Origin: Ophelia neglecta
Taxonomy: Eukaryota
Assembly (NCBI GenBank): GCA_965285935.1
Contig: OZ260661.1
Span: forward strand, 34,534,001 to 34,598,000
Direction of reading: 5' to 3'
Length of the DNA stretch: 64,000 nucleotides
Below the pieces are notes generated by a model. It had not been told where the DNA came from and made no database searches. It saw only the letters and a program-made list of their open reading frames with translations. Every line of letters begins with the position of its first letter. Position 1 is the stretch's first letter. Below are positions 53,951 to 64,000 of this stretch, in pieces. Position numbers and translations under genes: made by a program.

Positions 53951-54853
53951 AGGACCTAACATGGAACACTGTTGCAGTCCACACCTTATATCGAGAAGGC
54001 ATGAGTGGACACCGGGGTAATCTACAAACTGTTGTCTGTCGCTGATAATGCAATGATCCACATTGAAACCCACATATGTGCACAATATTAGACATATTAT
54101 TCATGCTCTTATCTTCCAGCTTGAAAATCATACGCCATTGTTTGCATTATAATATTCCTATATACATCATATTATTACTAATTTTCCTTCTACTTATAAA
54201 GTGTTTCTCTCTTAAGTTGTGTATTAGTGTCTTAAATTGTCAATATCAGGGATATCTATCAGCCTATTAAACATCCCCATCTCCATGGGCATGGACATAT
54301 TATATTGCGTTTAGTTTGATATTTGAACTTCATCCCATAAAACATTTAATAATAACAAACAGGACATCATTGGGTTACTTTCATGTCAAATAAAACATAG
54401 CTTTAACATTTAAGAAATTGCAATGCATTATTCCGTTACTTATATTACCCTCTTTTAGCAACAAATTTAATCATAATTCTATCAATCAATACCTTTACGG
54501 ATGATGGCGTTCAAATGCGTATGGTGTTTGCTATCAAAAAGCCGGCCCAGCTTAGGGAGAGAGGTCTGTTTTATATCGAAAAATATTGTACAAATAGCAG
54601 TAGGTATTCAGCCACAAAAGAAAGGCTGGTCTACTAATAAGTTAATGTTAGAATTCATATCTGTTTAATCGGTAAGGAGGATGCTTTATCTATGAGAGCG
54701 CTTAATATTATTATTATTCAGACAACTTAGTTGCTTACAAAGTTTTAGTTGATGTTGGATATAGCTCTAAATCAGATGACATAGTAAGGGTTAATGGCCG
54801 CGCCAAAAAATGAGCAGTAGACCTTAGCTTAATCAGAGCTATCAACCAGTGTC

Positions 54854-55936
54854 TTAATTATTATCCAGGTCTTCATATGCATCTTCACTCTTAGTAATGA
54901 TCCAGTCATATAAAGGGCGAAAGATATTTCCCAGAATCACGAAACACACACCTAACACCTCCATCCAGTTTCTGTGTCCAGGTTGAATATTTTTTAGCCA
55001 GGTATATTGAAAAATGACCAAGTAGACCAGCATGAGGGCATTTAGAATTGAGTTGGTGAATGGGGAGATCCTCTGAACACCATATATAGAAATAACCGAT
55101 CCCAGTCCGACTGTCCAGCTGTGACTAAATAACAATGCCCAGCATCCGAGATTTGATGGTAAGATGGGAGACTCGAATATCAGAGATAGCACAACGGATA
55201 CAAACAATGGACCACATGCTCCCCAAAACGCCAGAGTACAAGTGTTTAATTCAGCTAGCCGACTGCTTATAGTAAGGTTAGAAAGAAAGAAACATGTCCC
55301 ATTACCAACGGTGTAAATATATCCCTTCATTGTTTCATAACGCTGGTTTAATTCTCTTGTTGCATGTGCTCGGGTCCTATTAAATTGAAGCAATGCATTT
55401 TCCGAGCTTTGAGAATTGTTATTCCTGTAACACACTGGTACAAAGCTTGGTTCAGAATCTGATGATGTAGAAGGAAATCCAATCCACTCAGGTTGTATTA
55501 TTAACTCTATACCGATGTTGAGTAAAACAACAGCGATGATAATCCTAAGTCTGCATGCCTTTAACTTGAGAGTCTCGTGGATGCATGCAAACACTATCTG
55601 TATGGTGACTGACAAACCTTGAATGGTGGATACCGGCAGAAATGGTGCAGCTGAGTAAAAGAAGAAGTTATTCCCCAATTTAAGAATAGACACTAACATC
55701 ACCCAAGGTATGAAACGTGCCTCAACGGTAGGAACATGCCTATTGAAGACCAGCACAATACAGCATACGATGAGTTGGGCGAGAAATCTCCAAGCATCTA
55801 ACTCATGATCGGCGATGTAGCCATCCAAATTTTGGGCACAGGACAAACTTATTGCGTACAATATAACAGCTACAAAGCATGCTAGGCATCCACGTATGTT
55901 CCTGGACAGGCTCCCGTTTTCTTTTAGGTTTGTCAT
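54854..55936 (-). CDS. EamA/DMT-superfamily transporter, SLC35G-like, copy B (360 aa)
   Basis: Intact paralog of copies A and C. Confidence 0.85.
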   Translation of the reverse strand: MTNLKENGSLSRNIRGCLACFVAVILYAISLSCAQNLDGYIADHELDAWRFLAQLIVCCIVLVFNRHVPTVEARFIPWVMLVSILKLGNNFFFYSAAPFLPVSTIQGLSVTIQIVFACIHETLKLKACRLRIIIAVVLLNIGIELIIQPEWIGFPSTSSDSEPSFVPVCYRNNNSQSSENALLQFNRTRAHATRELNQRYETMKGYIYTVGNGTCFFLSNLTISSRLAELNTCTLAFWGACGPLFVSVVLSLIFESPILPSNLGCWALLFSHSWTVGLGSVISIYGVQRISPFTNSILNALMLVYLVIFQYTWLKNIQPGHRNWMEVLGVCFVILGNIFRPLYDWIITKSEDAYEDLDNN

Positions 55937-56672
55937 TGTTTACGGATGCCTACCGGAGCTTTCGGGTCTCAATATAATCTGAGCTCTAAGCGTTTTGAAA
56001 TTTCAACTTTAAAACGCAATCATTTGATTTGTCATATATATCTATAGAATCCGTCATTGTGCGTTGCATTGATATTATGAAGTCAACAGGTGGGCAATAC
56101 ATTTTACTAACGTTAACCCTATAAGGTAAATGTTATAGCTTAAGCTTCAACCAGCAGATGTCTGGGATATAAATATTTATCAGATTTTAATGTCGCCCTT
56201 TAAAAGAACGCGATGTTTTAAAGAATAACAATCAATATCTAGCAGAAAAGCGAACAGTTTATTTTGATATTTGATGAAAACTAAGAAAAGTACTCTCATC
56301 TGTCATAGTTGCCAAGAGAGACGTGACAGAAACAGGTAAATAAGTGAATAACCCGTATCTTCTTTCATGCTAGTTGTTACATGCGCCTAGAGTTTTTCGT
56401 ACAAGGTGACCTATTCTAAATATGTCCATATCGCACTGTTACAAATTCATTCTAAAACATAATACATATTTAGGCAACAAAAAAAAAACATGAGAAGTAA
56501 TGATCATATTTTCACCTGTTTACCTCAATGTTGGTGCCGGCCTTCTAAATTGGCTGAACTATAATGAACATTATCATATGTTTATCCTTGATATGAATGG
56601 TTTTGCATATGCAATACCATGCATTTCACTATAGTGTTATCACAGCCCATGCGATAACAAAGTTGCTATCAC

Positions 56673-56832
56673 NNNNNNNNNNNNNNNNNNNNNNNNNNNN
56701 NNNNNNNNNNNNNNNNNNNNNNNNNNNNNNNNNNNNNNNNNNNNNNNNNNNNNNNNNNNNNNNNNNNNNNNNNNNNNNNNNNNNNNNNNNNNNNNNNNNN
56801 NNNNNNNNNNNNNNNNNNNNNNNNNNNNNNNN
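56673..56832. other. N run (160 nt; gap or masked sequence)
   Basis: Read directly. Confidence 1.
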
Positions 56833-57480
56833 ATAGTAGTATGCAGTTCAGTTTCAGCTAATTGCTTATTGACATTGGAATATATATTACATCATTTCAT
56901 TAACATAGCATGCAATAAAGAATATTCAGTGATAAAGGGAGCTGGGTACAAATTGTTCATATGTTAAGGTACTAGAAACGCTAATGAACTACATAAACAG
57001 GAGAAGATTTGCTAGAGAGAAAAACACACCAAAAATAAAACATATCTTACAACCTCATAGGAAATATTCTACAACAAAAATAGAAAATAACTATTCTTTT
57101 ACTAGTTATATTGATGAAATTAGATACTTTTTAAGATCTTTATTAAAACTCAAAATGCCCACTTAGATTGTCATTTTGTCGCAAATAATATTCCAGGTAC
57201 ATGTACCTCCACCTGATATATCATTGTACCATAAGAATCATACGTATGAACACGATTTAGAATGAATTTGTCTTTTATAAAAGGTGGAATCATGCCCTTG
57301 TACAATTTAGACATAACTATTGCAATTTTGAACTGGTAAATGTTTTCTAGATTAAGTTTTGAAAGATCACCAGTATGGTCTCTGAATTTAGAAAAGGTTA
57401 TCACACGCACGTGATTGGCCAAAAAGCTAGCCAAGCTTTCTAGATTGCCTAGAGTTTTGACTTATTATAAATTACACACA
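56833..57480 (-). mobile_element. Duplicate of the 51851-52500 LINE fragment
   Basis: Near-identical sequence and translation (57171-57434). Confidence 0.7.
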
Positions 57481-57987
57481 ATATCCCATTATTTAAATAT
57501 AACTGATAGTTTCATGCTGGTGTTGCAGCTACTAAATTGTGGTCTTGCTGAAGACATGACATATTTTTCCAGCCTGACATTTCCGCGTTTGACCTATATG
57601 GACCAAAAGCAAGGTGGCGGTAACGTTGTCTTCTACGTATGCCAGCAAAATAATTGCCAACTAAATGTATGCTCATTTCTTGATATGCTCTTGCGTAAAC
57701 AAGTGTCTTTAAAGAAAACGAACCCGCTCATCTTGAGCAATATCGTGAGTACCTGAAATTGTCAGATATCAGTGCAATTCAACAGATAAGAGATAGACGA
57801 TTTCTTCGCGCTCCTGCTAATTATACATTGCAAGTTTCAATCGCGCACTTTAATAGTCTTAGTCATTAACAGCTTAATAAACAGGTATAATAAATTCCTT
57901 AAAATCTACACTTTATTATATGCTGGCCCAGATAGCCCGTCTCATGATTTGTGTTTTTGTTTCTCTTACGGGAATTTGAAATATAAT

Positions 57988-58920
57988 GATTTAAATTAGA
58001 TTAGGTTAAACTAGATTTATTGTCAATAAAACATATATACAATTTATAATCAATGTAAATAATGAATGATTAATTGACATCAATATTAATAGATTATAAC
58101 AAACACAAATATAGTAATTGCAAATAATGGGACGAACATGGCAGTATTATTTTCATGACAGGCAGAAAGGGGAATAGAGAGAAAAGAATTAATAAGTATG
58201 AAGATAAGGAAAGGGTATTTCAATAGTAATGACTACCGGTAGCATATAAACTATATGTTATTTTAGGGGATAACAAGCTTGTGCAGAAGAGTAGTTTTAG
58301 AAAGTCTTCTCAGCGAATATATTCAATATTTGTAGTTCATCTCTTTGGTGTGGTTATCATAAATGATTGCCGCTTGGTATGAAGGGCATCGTTGCAAAAC
58401 AGGTGTTTTTGGAACAGGTAGATAGAAGTTTTTTGCTTGTCCTGTATTAAGGTGATTGAAGACCGAGTTATATGTAAGTAAAGGAGAAACAACTTCGGGT
58501 AGCTGGCCATTGAGATAGTTGAAAACAATTGTCTTCAAACTTAAGACGTTGTTTGTCTAAGTTGTACTTTACCGTTTTGAAAGAAAAGTGGAATACTAGA
58601 GGCATCTCTCGCAGATCCACTAACTAGCCGGATGGCTTGCTCTTGGGACTTGATTAAAGGATCAAGGAACGAAACAAACGCATAGCCCAATACCTCAATG
58701 CAATATGTAAGATATGGGTATTTAAAGGAGCAAAATAACGTGCTCAGTGTGTTAGTCGAGAAGTACTTTCTCGCTCTGCATATGACACCAATCTTTCAAG
58801 TTTATTATGTAAATCATTTGATTTATATACCAGTTAAGAATGCATAAGAGTCGTCGACGAACAAAAGCAGAAAGACCGTATCAGAAACATTAGCCATGTC
58901 ATTAATTGCTCAGAAATAGC
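57988..58920 (-). mobile_element. Duplicate of the 53010-53950 LINE fragment
   Basis: Near-identical sequence and translation (58323-58538). Confidence 0.75.
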
Positions 58921-59820
58921 AAAGGACCTAATATGGAACACTGTTGCAGTCCACACCTTATATCGAGAAGGCATGAGTGGACACCGGGGTAATCTACAAT
59001 CTTATGTCTGTCGCTGATAATGCAATGATCCACATTGAAACCCATATATGTGCACAATATTAGACATATTATTCATGCTCTTATCTTCCAGCTTGAAAAT
59101 CATACGCCATTGTTTGCATTATAATATTCCTATATACATCATATTATTACTAATTTTCCTCCTACTTATAAAGTGTTTCTCTCTTAAATTGTGTATTAGT
59201 GTCTTAAATTGTCAATATCAAGGATATCTATCAGCCTATTAAACATCCCCATCTCCATGCGCATGGACAAATTATATTGCGTTTAGTTTGATATTTGAAC
59301 TTCATCCCATAAAACATTTAATAATAACAAACAGGACATCATTGGGTTACTTTCATGTCAAATAAAACTTTAACATTTAAGAAATTGCAATGCATTATTC
59401 CGTTACTTATATTACCCTCTTTTAGCAATAAATATAATCATTATTCTATCAATCAATACCTTTACGGATGATGGCGTTCAAATGCGTATGGTGTTTGCTA
59501 TCAAAACTCAGCCCAGCTTAGGGAGAGAGGCCTGTTTTATATCGAAAAAATATTGTACAAATAGCAGTAAGTATTCAGCCACAAAAGAAAGGCTGGCCTA
59601 CTAATAAATTAATGTTAGAATTCATATCTGTTTAATCGTTAAGGAGGATGCTTTATCTATGAGAGCGCTTAATATTATTATTATTCAGGCAACTTAGTTG
59701 CTTACAAAGTTTAAGTTGATGTTGGATATAGCTCTAAATCAGATGACATAGTTAGGGTTAATGGCCGCGCCAAAAAATGAGCAGTAGACCTTAGCTTAAT
59801 CAGCGCTATCAACCAGTGTC

Positions 59821-60903
59821 TTAATTATTATCCAGGTCTTCATATGCGTCTTCACTCTTAGTAATGATCCAGTCATATAAAGGGCGAAAGATATTTCCCA
59901 GAATCACTAAACATACACCTAAAACCTCTATCCAGTTTCTGTGTCCAGGTTGAATATTTTTTAGCCAGGTATATTGAAAAATGACCAAGTAGACCAGCAT
60001 GAGGGCATTTAGAATTGAGTTGGCAAATGGGGAGATCCTCTGAACACCATATATAGAAATAACCGATCCCAGTCCGACCGTCCAGCTGTGACTTAATAAC
60101 AATGCCCAGCATCCGAGATTTGATGGTAAGATGGGAGACTCGAATATCAGAGAGAGTACAACTGACACAAACAATGGACCACATGCTCCCCAAAACGCCA
60201 GAGTACAAGTGTTTAATTCAGTTAGCCGACTGCTTATAGTAAGGTAAGAGAGAAAGACACATGTCCCATTACCAACGGTGTAAATATATCCCTTTATTGT
60301 ATCATAACGCTGGTTGATTTCTCTTGCTGCATCTGCTTGGGCCCTATTAAAATGAAGAAATGCATTTTCCGAGCTTGGAAAATTGTTATTCCTGTAACAC
60401 ACTGGTACAAAGCATGGTTCAGAATCTGATGATGTAGAAGGAAATCCCATCCACTCAGGTTGTATTATTAACTCTATACCAATGTTGCATAAAACAACAG
60501 CGATGATAATCCTAAGTTTGCATGCCTTTAACTTTAGAGTCTCGTGGATGCATGCAAACACTATCTGTATGGTGACTGACAAACCCTGAATAATGGTAAG
60601 CGGCAGAAATGGTGCAGCTGAGTAACCGAAGAAGTTAGTCGACCATTTTAGAATAGATACTAACATCACCCAAGGTATGAACCGTGCCTCAACCGTAGGG
60701 ATATGCCTATAGAACACCAAAACGATACCACTTACAATGAGTTGGGCAAGAAATCTCCAAGCCTCTAACTCATAATCGGCGATATAGCCATCCAAATTTT
60801 GGGCACACGAAAAACTTAATGCGTAAAACATAACAGCTATGAAGCATGATAGGCATCCACCTATGTTCCTGGACAGGCTTCCGATCTCTTTTAAATTAGC
60901 CAT
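59821..60903 (-). CDS. EamA/DMT-superfamily transporter, SLC35G-like, copy C (360 aa)
   Basis: Intact paralog with a more diverged N-terminal third. Confidence 0.85.
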   Translation of the reverse strand: MANLKEIGSLSRNIGGCLSCFIAVMFYALSFSCAQNLDGYIADYELEAWRFLAQLIVSGIVLVFYRHIPTVEARFIPWVMLVSILKWSTNFFGYSAAPFLPLTIIQGLSVTIQIVFACIHETLKLKACKLRIIIAVVLCNIGIELIIQPEWMGFPSTSSDSEPCFVPVCYRNNNFPSSENAFLHFNRAQADAAREINQRYDTIKGYIYTVGNGTCVFLSYLTISSRLTELNTCTLAFWGACGPLFVSVVLSLIFESPILPSNLGCWALLLSHSWTVGLGSVISIYGVQRISPFANSILNALMLVYLVIFQYTWLKNIQPGHRNWIEVLGVCLVILGNIFRPLYDWIITKSEDAYEDLDNN

Positions 60904-63900
60904 TGCTTACGGAGGCCTACCGGAGCTTACGGGTCTCAAAATAATCTGAGTGTTTAGAGTATTAAAATTCAACTGTACATCGCACATTTATGCAATATGT
61001 CATATGTATCTATATGTTCCGTAATTTGGAATTTTATTGATATTCTGTAGTCAACTGGTGGGCATTACAAATTACTAACGTTAACGCTATTAAGTAAAGG
61101 TTATGGCTGCAGATGGTTTGGTTATAAAAATGTATCATATTTTAGTGTTGGCCTTTAAATGTGCGCGATATTTCAAGAACAACAATCAATATCTTGCAGA
61201 AAACTGAACAGCCTATTTAAATATTTGTCGAATGATGAGAAAACTACTAACTCTCATTGCTGTCAAGAGGGACGTGAAAGTAACAGGTACATAATGATGA
61301 AGGCTCATAACCATACATTACTAGCCCTCTACTTACGTACTAGCTACCGGGACGGTTTTATGGGCATTTGGACTGATTGAAAAGACATATCTTGATGATA
61401 TCGCTAGATGCCGCTATCAAATTAACTAACACAGACTACAGATGGTTCTCTGTTACTGTTACTACGGCATGACTACTTCAAATATCAAATATAACTACTC
61501 ATCATATCGTCACCAAAAGTTCAACCTTTACAGTTTACTATGTTCATCTTAAATACAATGACAATGATGCTTTCACCACAGCTTTCGTTTCCAACGGAAA
61601 GAACTGAAACGTAATCCTAACATTCCCAGCTAGTTCTACTTTCCTTCCCGCCAAACAGGGTTAGGTTCTTGAACCCAAAAGAAATTAGAAATACATTATT
61701 TTGCAAAAAAAAATAACGTTTTATGATTATATTGTTTCACGTTGCTGTTTGTTATGTTAGAGTAAATGGTGAGGTAAGCATTTAATTTGGTGCTAGGATT
61801 GTTTTAATGCAGGATATTTCTATAGTTTATTTTCAATTAGAACAGCAAATTACCCCTGGCAGCCAATGTATGGTTAAAGTTATCCACTTTAGGGTGTCTT
61901 TTTAAGCAAGAACAACTAGTAAGCGAATGGAGATTTGGCAGCCATATCTTCATGAAGTTCTTTGATCAATGGACCATTTTTATCTCATTCTGCAATTATT
62001 CAATGCCACAGCGGTGGTACACCACATGAAAGCTTACATATTTTAGTTGATCTTTCTTAATTATGTATTTGTTTGAAGTTCAGTTCCAAAATATAAAAAA
62101 AAAATAGAAACATCAATTTAAAAATATAAACCTAAAAGCCACATACATTAATCTGATATTAAATTGGACACTAGAAGAAACAAACTTCGTCGCCGTCCAC
62201 AGTGGTACCCCATACTGAGCGGATTTTGATTTTAAAATTGTTATATTATAAAACATTTCTTTTTTCCGTTATTAATGATTATCACTAGAAGCTTGTAGAA
62301 AAGGATTTGGAATAGAATCAAATAATCACTAAAGATCAGAGTAGCCACCACCCCGCCAGGAGAGTTGTTAAACTTCTCGATCGATGACTATTTGATGAAG
62401 CACCTATACTTCTACCGTGTTTGGTGTGAAATTTACAATTCATTCTTTGACCTAAGAACAATACAGTAATGTTAAAGCTAATGTTGTGGAGTAAAACGTT
62501 CCAACTTTATCATGGATATCTAAACTGCATTGGGATGCTTAACGTGTATGCAGACTTTTAACTAAGACTACGGGGAAACTACGAACACATCACCTAATGT
62601 AGAAAACTTTGACTAAACAGTGATTTTAGTTGCCAATGTTTAGAAAACACAACTTATATTTGCGGTAGTTGTGTGTGTCATAACAAAGAAACACATTTGA
62701 AATACTAAGGGGACCCTTTGATAACCAGGATATATTAAGTGCCGTGCTACGCGGGCATTCCTTTCAGACAAACTGAATTTTAAACTGATCTTATAAATGC
62801 AGTTATGAAGCATCAATTTAAATGTTGGCGATACGAAGGTTTTACACTTCCCACGACAAAGCATGCATTGCCCTCAATATCAACGGGGGTTTCGCGGAGA
62901 AAGACAGTGAAAAAAGAGCACGTCTGCAAAAGATAGTGACAGCCTGGTTGTCCTGCTTACCAATATATCCCAGGATACTCAATCTTGCGTTTCTTGCACG
63001 ATGCCGCTAAAAACAAAACATTGCTCGTGTAAACCCGCTATTGTTTGTGAAAAGATAGGACTCCTGTCTTATCTCTATTAGATAAAATCAACTTTATTAG
63101 GACTATATATATATGTGTATGCTTAGTTACAATGGGTATATTTTAATATGTGAGCAACCTTATTTACCAACGAATAGGACATACTAATCAATGAGGAATA
63201 AGCAAGGCAAACTAAAGCATAGGCAATACATATACACAAAATATCAAAATATTAATTTATGAAGTACAAGAAGCGTTCGATTTATGGGTCTCTTAAACCG
63301 AATAAACAACATTAGATAATACGCCGGTGCATCAGTGGGAGAGGAAATACTAAACAAATGAGAAAGAAATAATGACTGGTCTGTATTTATCATCAAACGA
63401 TGAATGAATAGTACTCTAGAAACTGCCCTAATTTTTTTTTAGAAACTGCTCTAATATTTTATAGAAATAATCGATCTATTTTAGGACAACTTAATATATG
63501 TTTATTAATTTCTGATAATTAATTTCATAAATCATTCTGAAACACGTATACTGCTAATAGGTATAAGAGAATCCTTCTCAGAGTAAACTAAATGTTCCAT
63601 TCTCATTGCATCATGTTATGAGGGTAATATACTAAAGAGATATTGTCAAAAAGTGGTTTCCAGAAAGCCGTTTTGACTCCTAATGGAAAGTAAGGAATGA
63701 TTGATTGGGAAGTATCCATTCACCAATCATTTTAATTTTTCGAAATAAATCTGTTATTTTTCTTGCAAAAGCAAACAACCATATCGACATGACTTCGTGG
63801 CCTGCGTCCGAGTCGTAAACCTGGGCAATCATGTTATGTAAACTTATTTCGGACAGTATATGTAAGCCATAGAAAACACCATCATCTACATCGTTCCGAC

Positions 63901-64000
63901 GAGTTAAGGAATCTTACTCATTCGAATATTAAATTATGATTAGTAAAACTATAACAAGATGAATCAGTTAAGAATTCCGGAAGTTTGTTTTAAGTTTTTT

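Larger units (their letters stand above)
49360..61400. repeat. Tandem segmental duplication, ~5.0-5.2 kb unit, three gene copies
   Basis: 51851-54853 is nearly identical to 56833-59820; 50706-51647 closely matches 55937-56672; 60904-61400 and 49360-49560 are older, more diverged homologs. Confidence 0.95.

Noticed and set aside
59873-60208. Overlapping 111-aa ORF inside copy C, and antisense ORFs over JmjC exons (41446-41679, 44588-44809, 45057-45392)
   Set aside because: Shadow frames of real coding sequence.
49611-60903. Bacterial EamA genes by horizontal transfer or contamination
   Set aside because: Length, long loop and motifs fit animal SLC35G-like proteins; flanks carry LINE fragments; copy A is contiguous with an intron-rich gene.

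Overview
AT-rich, intron-containing eukaryotic DNA that looks like a marine invertebrate animal; nothing prokaryotic is visible (no operons, rRNA, tRNA or CRISPR). Two protein-coding loci are well supported. (1) A spliced + strand gene missed by the ORF track as a unit: nine GT-AG exons at 41101-45386 join in frame into about 535 aa, 5' end unresolved. It encodes a membrane anchor, a JMJD8-like JmjC fold that appears to lack its Fe(II) ligands, and TPR repeats. (2) A tandem array of three intronless EamA/SLC35G-like transporter genes on the - strand (49611-60903) in ~5 kb units carrying decayed LINE fragments. The middle copy looks like an unequal-crossover chimera and carries a run of 10/10 amino-acid-changing substitutions. 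The first ~36 kb has no complete gene I can assemble. It holds a MITE, a perfect 58-bp triple repeat and many exon-like fragments, several of which weakly recall KDZ/Zisupton-type transposase motifs (speculative). All family calls come from recalled motifs, not database searches.
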